Shown here: positions 43,635 through 57,348 of the stretch, in pieces | Layout of the letters: each line of letters opens with the position of its first letter | Numbering within the stretch: the first letter of the stretch is position 1 | From: Amoebidium appalachense | Lineage: Eukaryota > Protista > Ichthyosporea | Direction: 5' to 3' | Length of the DNA stretch: 64,000 nt | Assembly: GCA_963693365.1 (NCBI GenBank) | Contig: CAVNZM010000017.1 | Span: forward strand, 4,826,708-4,890,707 | Notes under the pieces: model-generated | Told to the model about the DNA's origin: nothing | Database searches by the model: none | What the model saw: only the letters and a program-made list of their open reading frames with translations | Translations under genes and position numbers: made by a program

Positions 43635-43673
43635 AAATTTAGAACAAAAAAAAACCGGGGCATCAGACAGGGC
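43446..43673. repeat. Foldback or inverted-repeat element upstream of AASDH
   Basis: (A)21-GCGAGGGTATGCCA (43461-43495) pairs with TGGCATACCCTCGC-(T)n (43587-43633). Outer arms are GCCATATCTGACGCC and GGCATCAGACAGGGC. A 23-bp internal direct repeat sits at 43507 and 43556. Confidence 0.75.
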
Positions 43674-43711
43674 TAGGAGTGTATAAGGCCCAACTATGGC
43701 ATGGGGCAGCT

Positions 43712-43719
43712 TATAAAAA
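43712..43719 (+). promoter_or_regulatory. Putative TATA box of AASDH
   Basis: TATAAAAA lies ~105 bp upstream of ATG 43817; an alternative in-frame ATG is at 43763. Confidence 0.4.
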
Positions 43720-43816
43720 GGTCTTATTTTTTATGTGAAAGCTTACTGTTTATATCCTTTCAATGTGCAGCCTTACTTACAAACGTTATGTGATACATGC
43801 GAAGTTCGAATTCAAC

Positions 43817-44424
43817 ATGTCCCCTCCCTCTCTATTTGACCTTTTTAGAGGTCAGGCATTGGCTGCTCCTGACAGGACCGCTGTCGTTTTTGACCGGACG
43901 CTGCAGCTGACGGCACATGATGAGACGGAAGGGGAGCTTCAAGTTGAAGCAGTCAAATATGGTGTGCTGTTGTCAAAGGCTCTTGAACTAGCTAGGGTAC
44001 TGGAAGAGAAGGTAGGCTGTTTTCGTCAGAGGAGAGAGTTTTGAATACCTGAACTTCTAATCGGACGATAAGGTCTGCTACTTCTCGAACATAACATGCT
44101 CCTGCTTCAAATTCGTAACTCCTCCTCCGCAGCCACTCCCCCCCCCACCACCACCACCTCTCCCACTCTCCCTCTCCACGATCCCTCCCTCACTCCCTCC
44201 CTCCCTCCTTCCCCTTTCCCCGGGGCCACCCCTCCTCCCTGCCCCCTTCCCCCCCCCCCCCCCCCCCCCCCCCCCTCTTCCCCTCTTCCTCCCCTCCATC
44301 CCTCTCTCTCTGCCTCTCACACTCTCTTTGTCTCTGCCTCTGAGATTCTCTACGTTTCTCACTCTAGATCTTACTCTCCTCTCTCTCCATCCATCCCCCC
44401 CCCCTGCCTCTCTTTCCCTCTCCC

Positions 44425-44466
<42 letters not shown>

Positions 44467-44823
44467 CCCCCCTCTCCCTCCCTCTCTCCCCCCCTCTCTC
44501 TCTCTCTCTCTCTCTGTCTCTGTCTCTCTCCCTCTCTCTCTCTTTCTCTCTCCCTCTCCCTCTCTCTTCTCTCCCTCCCTCCCTCCCCTCCCCCCCTCTC
44601 TCTATTTCTCTCTCTCTCTCTCTCTCCCCCCCCCCCCCCCCCCCTCCCCCTCTCTCCCCCTCCCTCACTTACTCCCCGGGTCTCTCCCCCCCCCCCCCCC
44701 CCACCCCCTTCTCTCTCCTCTCTCTCTCTCTTTCTCCCTCGCTCCCTCCCTCCCTCCCTCCCTCCCTCCCTCCCTCCCTCCCTCCCTCCCTCCCTCCCTC
44801 CCTCCCTCCCTCCCTCCCTCCCT

Positions 44824-44877
<54 letters not shown>

Positions 44878-45471
44878 CTCGCTCTCTCTCTCTCTCTCTC
44901 TCTCCGTCCACCCCATCCCTTCCCCCTCCTCTCTCTCTTTGTCTCTCTCTCTCTCTCTCCGCCCCCTCCCCCCCCTTTGGGCCCTCCCTGAGGATGGGCT
45001 CCGCTTATGACGCATACTGTGCGCATGGCTGATGTTGCATACTTGAATGTTTGCCTTTGCATGTGTCCTGCACCATGCTTCTCATCGTGTATGCGTACTT
45101 CGTACCGTGTTCCGCATTCAAACCCCCCCCTCCTCTCTCTCTCTCTCTGCCTCTCTCTCACTTCCCTCCTGCCACTCCCCACCCAATCCTTCCCCTCGCT
45201 TCCCATCTATTTTTCCCCTCCTTCCCCTCACCCCCCACCTTTTTTTCCCCCTTTTCCTCGTACGACTTGCCCTTCCCTTCTTCCGTCCGTCAAGCTTTAA
45301 CGGCTTCTTTAACGGCATCCGACTGCTTCTGTTTTGTGCCGTTAGCCTCTTTTCAACACGCCTCTTCCTCGGCCTTGTTGCCAAAAGGTGTCCTCTATCT
45401 TCTCTCCCCTTCCCCCTCCCCCCTTCCCCCCTCCCCCTCCCCCTTCCTCTCCCCCTGGCCCACCCCTTAGA

Positions 45472-45502
<31 letters not shown>

Positions 45503-45553
45503 CACTGTGTGTGTGTGTGTGTGTGTGTTTGTGTGTACATGTGTGTGTGTGTG

Positions 45554-45594
<41 letters not shown>

Positions 45595-46078
45595 ATGTCA
45601 GTAATTCTCAACCCCATTTCACACATGCACAGGTGGGCAGACATCAACCGATAGCCCTTCACATGGAACCCAGTGTGGAGATGGTAACTGCTATATTAGG
45701 GTAATTGATTTGCCTCACCCTCTTCCCCCCCCCCCCCCCCCCTTCCCCCTTCTCCCCCCCTCCCCCCCCCCCCTCCCCTGCCCTTACCCGGCTTATAGTG
45801 GAATTCGATACTCCTTAGGCGTGTTTTGCAAGATTATCTGCATTGTGCTGTCAGCAATGAATTTATATTCCATACTCTTGCTACACAGTCTCCCCCTCCC
45901 CCTCTCTTCCAACTCTACCTTCTCTGCTCGGAAACTATCACATTCTCCCGTTAGTTGTTACGTTTCATTTGTGTGAGAGCGCACATGTGGGCACGTGGGC
46001 ATGTGCCGGTGTGTGTGGGCGTGTGGGTGTGTGGGTGTGTGGGTGGATGGTTGGTGTGTGAAGCGGGTTTCAGGCAAT

Positions 46079-46116
<38 letters not shown>

Positions 46117-47426
46117 GAAAGGAAAAGCAAGATAGAAGAGAAAAAGAAGAGACAAGAACCACTCGAGAAGGATGTGCTTATCCCCCCTGGATGACGTGGG
46201 CCCCCCCTGAGGATGGGCTCTGCTTATTATGCATACTCTTTATGTATGGCTTGCATTCTGCATCGTGTTATCCGTTTGTTCTTGTGTACTTCGTACTTTT
46301 TGACGCATTCAAAACCCCCCCCCCCCCCCCCAACACACACACACACACAACCTTCCACCCACCCATCCAAAAAATATATAAAAAAAATATAGGAGTAAGG
46401 AAACAACAAAAAGAAAAAAATAATGGATTTAGACACACCCACAGTGCCCACACACACGAGCTCTATACAACCACGCTCGCACACATGAGAAGTAGAGGAC
46501 AGGTAAGCAAAAACTTGCCATAAATCGAGAGATACACATTCGTTTTATGTTTTAGCGGTACCGTACATTTTACCGGTTCGATTTTGGGTTTATTTTGTAA
46601 AGGGTGAGATATTGTCTATTTCCAATCCTTTAATGCACACATCTTCCCGTTCTCCCCCCTCCTCCCCCCCTCCCCCCCCCCCCCCCCCCCCCCCCCCCCC
46701 TTCTCCTATCGGCCTTTTCTTCATCTATGATCACTCGTTGTCACACCAAAGCCCCTTTTAAGCAGCGGAGAGCTAGTTTGGGCTTTGTAGGCTATTTTTT
46801 TTCTAAGGGTTCTTCTATCGTCCAGGCCCGGGCCCGGGCAAAAAACGATGATTCAAATAAAGTTGATATGCCATGATTTGTGTCAGGCGTCGCTCAAAAA
46901 CCATGAGTGTAGCGCAAAATGTCAACCCCCCCCCCCCCCCCCCCCTCCCTCCCCTCCAAAAAAAAGAATCCCTCCAAAAAAAAGAAAAAAGGCTATGCAC
47001 GAACACAGGTGGGGCAGGACCCCATGTGTTAGTCTGTGCGTGTGTTCTGTGTGTGTGTGTGTGTCTCACGGTGTGTGTGTGTGTGTGTGTGTGTGTGTCT
47101 GTGTGTGTTTGTGCGCGCGCGCGTGTGTCTGTCTGTCTGTCTGTGTGTGTTTGCGCGCGCTCGCGCACGCGCGAGTGTGTGTGCATGTGCATGCATGTGT
47201 GTATGTGCGTGTGCGCACACTTTCTCTTCTTCTTCTTGTTTTTTTTTTTTTTGGTGGTGGTGGTGGTGGTTGGGTAGGGGGTAGAGGGGAGGGGGAGAGG
47301 GGGGGTTGGGAGAGAGAGAGAGGTGCTGTAGTCGTAGTGGAGGGAAAGGGAAGGAGGCGGGTAGGTACATACGTGCTAAGAAACATGAAAATGTGGCCGA
47401 GACCCACGGCATGCTATGGTACTCGT

Positions 47427-47476
<50 letters not shown>

Positions 47477-48062
47477 TGGGTATATTCCTCCCTGCATATC
47501 ACCTCACATCGTATAATTATGCAATCGCCACCGCTGTCATCGTTGCTGATCTTTTTTCTTTTGGTTGTGTTTCAGATGGAATGTGTAGTAGAAAGGGGGT
47601 GGGGGCGTTGGGGAGCGATGCCGGGGGGAGGGGGGGTCAAAAGAAAAAAGGTGGATTTTTTTTTTTTTTTTAACCGTGTGATTGGGATGGGACAGGGTCC
47701 TTGCCGCAGGGTGCCATTACATCCCCCTAAACCCAACGTCACCCCCTGCGCACAATGCAAATCTCATCGAAAAATATGAACCGGCAGCACTTCTGATTGG
47801 TCCGCACCAATCCCGTTCGGTCTTGCCGCCGCTTTTGGAAATCGACTCCACCAACAATGGCTGTGATTGGTCGATTTGCCAATCTGGATTGTGTGGGGAC
47901 CTGTCCTTGTTCGTTTCTGCCCCTCAACCAAAGGACTGGGCAGGTATGAGTGGTGGTGGTGATGCAGGCCCGTGGTGGGTGGGTGCATGGATTTTTTTTT
48001 TTTTCGTCCTTTTTTTTTTTTTTCCCTTCTTGGGTGGGTGGGGTTGGGGGTGGGGGGTGGTT

Positions 48063-48113
<51 letters not shown>

Positions 48114-48222
48114 GGGGGGGAAGGGGGAAGGAGGGGAGGAAGGGGAGGAGGGTTGTGGGGTGTTTTGGGTGGGTGGATGGGCGGGTGTTGGTCGTGTGTG
48201 GGTGGGTGGTGGTGGTGGTGGT

Positions 48223-48255
<33 letters not shown>

Positions 48256-48386
48256 TGGGGTGCCCAAGAATGGGATACGTGTGTGTATGGGGTGGGTGGC
48301 TGTGGGTGGGAAACCGAGACAGAGAAAAGCGGCGGGGGGAAGGGGGGGATGGGGGGGATGCCACACCATGGTCACTGGCGATTATG

Positions 48387-48432
<46 letters not shown>

Positions 48433-48466
48433 GCACACACGACGCGCATGCACGCACGCACGCGCG

Positions 48467-48497
<31 letters not shown>

Positions 48498-48640
48498 ATA
48501 CATACACACACATTCACACACACACAGACTCTGCCGGCCTTGCCTACATCATGACCACATCAGGGACTACAGGCACACCCACACCCGTACGTGTGCCCCA
48601 TGCATCTATTTATAGAAACGTTGTGGAGGTAAGAGTTTTA

Positions 48641-48706
<66 letters not shown>

Positions 48707-50845
48707 ACCCCCCCCCCTCCCCCCCCCCCCCCCCCCCCCCCCCCACCCCTCCCCCCTCTGCTCACAAGAAAAATGCACAAAAAACGCATCCCCCCCCCCC
48801 CCCCACCCCCTCGCTTCCTCCCCCTTCAAACCCCCCCCCCTCCCCCCCCCCCCAAAAAAAAAGAAGAAGAAAAAACAACCCCCCCACCCGCCTCCCCCCT
48901 GGCTTCCTCCATTCCCCCCGGCCCCCTCTCCCTCCCCCTCCTCTTCTTTCTCCCTCTTTCCCTCGTCTATTGCTAAAAAACGTGCCCCCCTCCCCGACCC
49001 ACTTCATTCATTCCCTTCCAAATAGAAGATGATCTGTTTAAACTTTCCAGTGACGGGTGCACACTAAGCACACGTAAGTACATGTATATTCATGTACACA
49101 AACATATTTACACAACACTTTTTTTTTTTTTTTTTTTTTTTTTCCCTCCCCGATTAGCAGGTGACATACAGGCTCACACACAGAGAAAGACAGGGACATT
49201 GTGTCTGAAATCATATTCTCGTTCACCTTTTCCCGACCGCCGACTCTCCATTTCCCTCCAGCTCGCGCTTTCATGCACTTATGTGCATGCACATGCATGA
49301 CATTGTATGTTCATATACATAAACACACTCAGCACAAGCACACAAACACACGCACACCTGCAATTCAACACACACGTGCGCACGCGGGTGTGTGCACACA
49401 CACGCACACACACATTGGGAGAGGCAGAAATATGCACGCACACGCGCGCACACACACACACCACACGCACATACAGGGCGTCGGACATACCACCCGCAAA
49501 TGCATATCTGCACATATTTGCAATGGCTGTTTTATCATTGATGATCTTACCTGCAACCAATCAGATGCGAAATCTTCTCCACCTTGACCAATCAGATGTC
49601 GTCCTGATGACTGCCCCATATACATTCGATCCTTCCGTCATTGGTCCCCCCTCCCCCCTCCCCCTCCCGTCGTCCCCCCCCCCCCCTCCTCTCCCCCCCC
49701 CCCCTCCCCCCGGCTTCCCCCACCTCGGCCTATTCCCCATTCACTCACCTCCTTTGGGCTGCCCACCCATTCATAAGTGTTGAATAGAAACGTTAGAGAG
49801 AATGATAGATAAGAAAATATTCCCTTTGTGTTCACGAAACTAGGAGCCGAATAATGCGAAAGCTTGCTAAAATGAAAGAAACAGGAAACCTCCCCTATGA
49901 CTTAGTTTCTCTTTACCAAATTGAAGCCCCTAAGCGGTGATCTTGGTGATATTCATAATTTTAAGTGACGTTATTTTGTCTCTTTAAACCCGTCTTTTAA
50001 AGGCTACGTTGCATTTGTTTTAGTGTGTTTTTCACAATGGCCTATTTCTCATGTCAGAGAGAGAGAGGGGGGGTGCGAGGGGAGTGGGGTGGGGGGGGGG
50101 GGGGGGGGGGGGGGGACGGTTAAGAGGGAGTAATGGGTTGAGAGAGGGTGGCAAGAAGGTGGAGAAAAAGGAGGGGAGAAGGGGGAGGGAAGGGGGTTAG
50201 GGGGGGGGGACGGGGGGGGGGGGGGGGGAGGGGGGGGAGTTCAATGAGCAGGTGTGTGGCCCACGTTTGTACTTATACCCGTCACACTGAAACATTTTCA
50301 CATGTGCAAGCATGCACTCTTCCTAACCGCCACGTTTTTATGTTCCGTCACCACAGATATTTTTGCCCCCCTCTCGTGCGGTGCCACCCTATTGGTCCTT
50401 TCCAACCACATCCGCGCTGCCCCACGTCTCTGTTACGAAGCTTTGCTTCGTAACAGAGTGAGTTGACCCCCCCCCCCCCCCCCCCCCCCCCCCTTCCCCT
50501 CCCCCCCCCCCCCCCCCCCCCACACTACCACCACCAGGGATACACCACCCACCTACCTAACCACTAACACCCTTTCAGTCCTCTTCCCCTGCCCCCCCCC
50601 CCCCCCCCCCCCCCCTCCATCATCCCCCCCCCCCCCCCCCCCCCCCAACAGGTCACATACAGATTTCGAAGCATCTAATATTGGCACCATGTTTGGTCGT
50701 TTCTCCTCGGCGCTTCATTCACCGTCACCCCCCCCCTTCCCCCCACCACCACCACGTCCTTTGTTTGCATAACCCCCGCTTACTTCCGTTTCTCTCCCAC
50801 CATTCTTGACTCTTCTCCCCCCTTTCCCCCCCCCCCCCCCCCCCC

Positions 50846-50898
<53 letters not shown>

Positions 50899-52295
50899 CC
50901 CCCCCCACATCCTACACAGACACACCACCACCACCACCCGGTGAATACTCTTTGTGTGTGTGCTTTGCAATGTCCTCGTTGTGATGTCCGTTGTCTGGAT
51001 ACCACGTAGCACGACCCTCCCACCTACACACCCCAAAATGCACAAACACAAACACTCAAACACCACACGTAAACAGAGACGTAGAGCCCCACCGACACCC
51101 AAGGCACCCACACCCACACAACCCACACACACAGGCAGCATGCCCAACCTGCAGACACACACATAGAACAAACCAACCATGCAACCCTAGACTCTTAGAT
51201 CATTACACCATAGCCACCCAATATGTACAACACCATATACTATTAGGCAGCCACCCACCACCACCAGACCCCACCATACACCACTATCCCCCGTAAACCC
51301 ACCCACACCACACCACACATTCCACCACTCTAGATAAACCAATGAGAGCCCAGATTTCAAGTTTATTCGTAGGTTCTGAGTGGAGGGGAAGCCTGGTGCT
51401 ACCCACCGGCGTGGCTGGGGTTGATACCCTGGGCAAAGTGTGTACATATAGTTAGGATTGTTATAGGTGTGTTAGTTTAGCTAATAGCATCGTAGCACCC
51501 TAGCTAGAGTACTGTCGGTGCTGGGTGAAAGACGTTAGTTCCCCCTGAGGGCCCCTAGGGGCACCTCCGGGAACAAAACGGGATAAAGTAAAAAAATGAT
51601 GTCCGTTGTGTACTAGTGTGTACGTCGTACTCTGTCACACATTCTAACCACCCCCCTCCCCCCCTTCCACCACCTCCCCCCCCCCCCCCCCCCCTTTAGG
51701 TCAGTGTTCTCCACTGCACCCCCGTGTTTCTTGCAAGGTTCGGTACTAATTCCATCCACCAACTGCTCACTCCAAATGGCCCAATCAAAACTGTCGCATT
51801 GGTTAGTGACAATTTCCCCCCCTTCCCCCCCCCCCCCCCCCTTTTCCCCCCCTTCCCCCCCCCCCCCCCCCCCCCTTCCCCTCCCCCCCGCCCCCCTTCG
51901 CCATTTTCTTCCTTGGTATACCCCACCTTCCATCTCTCCCTCCTTTCTCATCATTCACCCCTCTCCCCCCCCCCCTTTTTTTTTTTGGTTCGATCGATCC
52001 CGCCCCTGCTGGCTTCTTCTTTTTTTTTCTTATCCTTTCTTTCTTTTTTTTTCTTTCTTTTTCTTTTCTTTTCGTTTTTTTTTTGATAGCCGGCCCCATA
52101 TTGTAACATGAAGTCCCGTGCAAGATGTTCAGCAGTGCCCCCTTGTAACTGCCCCTTTTCGCTGATGACAAGCAGGCACACACACACCTGTGTGTGTGCA
52201 CACTAGTATTCCCGTGGCCACCCACCCACATCCCGCACGCGCACACACACACGTACACATGTGACACATGCATGCATGCGCGCATACAATTGCAG

Positions 52296-52386
<91 letters not shown>

Positions 52387-52679
52387 ACGGACACACAGAA
52401 CCTACAAACTAATCTGCCGATTTGTGCAAACACTAATAGGTGTTCTGCGAACCAACTACCCAGCAAGGCAAATTAAGGGTTGTTCCTTCCTTCCCAGTCC
52501 CTACTTTTTTAGTTGTAGTAAAAGAAGGTCGGATTACCGATGGCTGTGTGCCTAACGTGCCTGCCTCAGGGTGGAGAGAAATTTCCATCAAAGAGTCAGT
52601 GGCAACGATGGGTACCTGCCGGTAAAATGCTGCTCTCCCCCCCCCCCCCCCCCTCCCCTCCCTCCCCCTCCCCCTCCCC

Positions 52680-52716
<37 letters not shown>

Positions 52717-53881
52717 CTCCTCCCCCCCCTCTCCCCCCCCAGCCCTCTATCCGCACCCCCACCCCCCTACCCATCTACCCACCCACCCACCCACCCACCC
52801 AACCCCTTTCCCGGGACCCTCCCCTCCTGATAATGTGGTCTGTTCAAGAGTATTTTTACTTACACAAATTCTTGCTGTGTTTTTTGTCTTTGTGATGTCT
52901 GAATGCCTTTTGTTTCATGTTTGTTGCTGTTAGTTCGCCCTCTGATGGATACATCTCTCCCCTCCCCCTCCTCCCCCCCCTCCCCCCTTCACCCTTCTTC
53001 CCCCCACCCCCTCCCCTTTTCCAATCTCCCATACCCTCAACCCCCGGCCAAATCTCCCTTCTTCTCTTATCCCTTCCCCTTCCCTCTTCCCCACAACAAT
53101 AACCCCCCCCCCCCCCCCCCCCCCCCCCTCCCCCCCCCCCCCCCTCCCCCCCCCCCCCCCCCCCCTTATACACACCCTCACACTCAGACACAAACACGCT
53201 GCCCACTCCCTCCCTTCTTCTCAGCATTATGTTCACGGTTTTGATTGGTTGCCAAGGGCCTAAGGCCTTACCTGATTGGTGAGTTTCATGCAGCCAGTAC
53301 TGTCCGTATTTTCAACGTCTACGGCACCACCGAAGTCTCCTGTTGGGCCACGGCAACGACTTTGAACCTAAACCCAACAAGTGTATTGACCCCTACTACC
53401 CGTCCCCCCCCCCTCCCCCCCTCCCCCCCTCCCCTCCCTCCCCCCTCCCTCCCTCCCCCTTCCCCCTCTCCCCCCACGCCCCAAACACACACACAATGGT
53501 GCACAGGGTTGCTCATGCACACACATGAGCACTTCACACACGAACGCTACACATAACACTCAAACATGCACGCACACACGAATACATACGTGCACCCACG
53601 AAGACACACAACCATTCCCTCCCCCCCCCTCTCCCTCCCCTCCCCCCATCCCCTTCCCCCCTCCCATCCCAGCCCCCCCCCCTCTCCCCCTTCCCTCCCC
53701 CGGGTGTCCCCCAGCCACCACAACAGCGCTCATTGGAAAAGTGAGTCCACATTAGTTACCCATTTCACCACCTTCTTCTCTGGGCCCACACTAACACACG
53801 CGTGCTCACACGCGGACACAGAGGTACATAGGCACAGGAGCGTACAAACACACACATACATGCGCGCGCACACACACACAC

Positions 53882-53956
<75 letters not shown>

Positions 53957-54062
53957 CACATACGCACGCACACGCACACGCACACGCACACACGCACACG
54001 CACGCGCACGCACACGCACACGCACACACACACACGCGCACGCGCACGCGCACGCGCACGCG

Positions 54063-54111
<49 letters not shown>

Positions 54112-55955
54112 GCGCGCGCGCACACACACACGCACACACACAGTGCACGTCTTCTATATGCCAAGAGCATGTGGATGACACACACATCGGCCAGCCGTTG
54201 CCATCGATTGAATTGATGGTACCCCCCCTCCCCCCCCCTCCCCTCCCCCCCCCCCCCCCCCTCCCCCCTCCCCCCTCTCCCCCCCCCCCCCCCCCCCCCC
54301 CCCTCCCCCTCCACCCTCCCCCCGCCGGCGTGCCCAAAGATAAAAAAACACCCTACGCCCACCATATTTCCCTTTCATGATACCACACATCACACATTAG
54401 ACTCGGGTGTACCCCCCCCCCCCCCCCCCCCCCCCTTTTGACCTCAACACCATATACACGTGCTTTGCGGTCGATGTGTTTGTAAACCAGACACCAGAAA
54501 CATACGCACACACTGGCAAAAAGAGGACAACACTGGTGGCAGCGCAGACGGGTGGGGGGGGGCGGGTGTGTGTGTGTGTGTTTGGGGGGAAGGTGGGGGG
54601 GGAGGGTAAGGGAGCAGAGTAGGTGATGTTTTGGATATAGTCAATGACACGACCTTAATGTCAAATCTCACAGAATAATGGCATTTCGGACTGGCTGAGT
54701 TTGTAGCGGTGGTCATTCCCCTGAAAAGCTCTTTTTTGGTCGTGAAACTTATATTTCCTGAAAGTTCAGATGATAATTTTTACTATGTTGTTTTGTAAAA
54801 ATAATAGTCTTGCAGGCAGCGCTGCAGTCAAAATAGTTTGCCGGCAAGGTGACAAAACTTACCTTTTATGGTTAGCCACCTGCCAAAAATAGCGCGTAAA
54901 TATTTGGCTAATTTTGATTGGGTACCACCTTCCATCATGCCAAATCTCACAGGTAGTCGATGAAAACGGAGAACCAATAGAAGCTCAAAATGAGGGTGAG
55001 GGCCTGCTTTTTATTGGTGGAGAGGGTCGATCATGCTGGATTGGGGACGAATCGGTGGGAACGGAGACACCAAAGTGGAGACGCACGGGGGGTAGGTGGT
55101 TGGGAGGGTTTTCACGGGCTTTCACACGTTTTCCCACACGTTTTCCCACTTTCCCACACGTTTTCCCACACGTTTTCCCACTTTCTTCATGATCATCGAG
55201 CAAAACGCGGATTTTTTGCCTTTTCAGCATGACTCGATATTCTTAAGATCAATCTTGCGCAGTTCTGTATAGGGGAGGGGAAAGAGGGAAAACAAGGGGG
55301 GGGGGGGGGGGGGGGATAGAAAAAAGAGGAGGGATATTGGAAAATAAGGATGCTCATTGCTTCGTTTTCTTCATAATTGCCCCATTGGCAGGAATCGCAC
55401 CTGTTCTTTGTCAGCCTTATCTTTGTCACCCTTACTTTTTCCCGACACGGCCCGACACTTACCTATAGAACAACCTACAGTCACTTGGCATTTTTCGTCA
55501 AAATTGCATTTTAACTTTGTGTGTCATTCTGTGTGATATGTGCGCTGTTTTGCCACCTGTCTGTCCCTCTATTTTTTTTAATAAAAAATAAAAAAATAAA
55601 AAATAAAAAATTCGCCTTTGCCTTTCTAAAAGATCATGGATAAATACTGACTTGAGATATGGTACTCGTGTACCCAACACTTTGGTAGCTTGTTTTTATC
55701 ATCAGATGTTGCGCATGTGTGTATATACACCTTTTTTTTTTAAACGGCCTGGTTCTATTGTCCAATTTCGTACTTGTTTGTATAACAAATTTTTACGGCC
55801 CGTTTTTATTGGCAGATGTGGTTGTTAAATGCGGCACGTGTGGCCGCATATACTATGTGGGGAGGAAGGACGGACAGATTAAGCGGAGGGGCCATCGCAT
55901 GCACCCAGCCACCGTGGATAGAGTTATTATGAGCACGCCGGGTGTGCCTGTGATG

Positions 55956-55986
<31 letters not shown>

Positions 55987-56178
55987 GGGGGGGAGGGGAG
56001 GGAGGGGGGGGGAGGGGAGGGAGGGGAGGGGGAGGGGGGGGGGGGGGGGGGGGGGGGAGGGGGGGGAGTTTTTCTTTGAGTGTGTGTGTTGGGGGGGGAA
56101 GAGGGGAGGTGTGTGTGTGGGGGGGGGGGGGGGGGGGGGGTGAGTGTTGGTGCGTGTGTGGGGGGGAGAAGGGGGTGG

Positions 56179-56239
<61 letters not shown>

Positions 56240-56584
56240 GGGTGTGTGTGTGTGTGTGTGCGTGTGTGTGTGTTTGTGGTGTGTGTGTGTGTGTGTGTGT
56301 GCACGCGAGTGTGTGCATGTGCATGTGCGTGTGCATGTGTGTGGGGGGGGGAGGGGGGGGGAGGAGGGGGAGATGAAGGGAGTGGTTGGTCGTGTGTGTT
56401 TGTGTGAGTTTGTGTGTCTGTGTGTGGGGGGGGGGGGGGGGGAGGGGGGGCACATGGGTGTGGGTGTGGGTGTAGGTGTTGGTGTGGGTGCTTATGGGTG
56501 TGTGCATGTGTGTATGTGTGTATGTGTGGAAGGGAAGAGGGGGCGAAGCGGGGAGGGGGAGGGGGGGGGGGGGGCTCGTGTATG

Positions 56585-56627
<43 letters not shown>

Positions 56628-57289
56628 GTGCATGCTACCTCGCCTATGTGACTGTAAGCACAACTCTACGTGCCCACGTGTGTGTAAGCCACCATTGCTG
56701 CAGAAAACTATTTCTACATTTCGCAAAGTTCAACGTTGTACAGAAGTTCCAGAGTCACACACGCGAAAATTCCGCCTTTATAAACACTGCTATCTGTCTT
56801 TGTTTATAATGACCCCTTTCCCAGGCATCCAGTGTGATCCATCACGTCACGGGGGATCCGCTCACGGGGGATCTTCTGTTGGCTTTTGTAGTATTGGATG
56901 GTCAACCACAGGTACCAGCCCCCCCTCCCCCCTCCCTGCCCCCTCCCCCCGCCCACGCGCCTGCCGCCGCCACGGAAAATCTGCATTTCGTTGCAAGCCG
57001 TAAATCTTTACTTCGTACTCGATGTCACGTTCTAACCCAACCTCTTCACTTCTCTCCAACCTCCCCCCCCCCTCCCCCCCCCCCCCCCCCCCCCCCCGGC
57101 TTCCCGCCATCCACCCTATCCAACCCCCAGGGGGGAGGGGGGGGGGGGGGGGATGGCTTCTCCTTTCTCCTTTTCCTTTCCGCGTGAAAGCTAACCCTCC
57201 TGAGGAGACCCCCTCGTGCATGTATGGCCACACGCACACACACAGAATTTGTGTGCACCTCTGTAACCGTGGGTGCATGCACACGTGTA

Positions 57290-57348
<59 letters not shown>

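Noticed and set aside
46203-46314. Hammerhead ribozyme or C/D snoRNA call for the CTGAGGA repeat
   Set aside because: No stem II plus GAAA and no conserved terminal CTGA box were found, so it is kept only as an unclassified repeat.
50652-50730. Extra AASDH exon after the CAG at ~50651
   Set aside because: It has an in-frame stop, and the exon at ~51700-51800 already supplies the expected VSVLHCTP segment.
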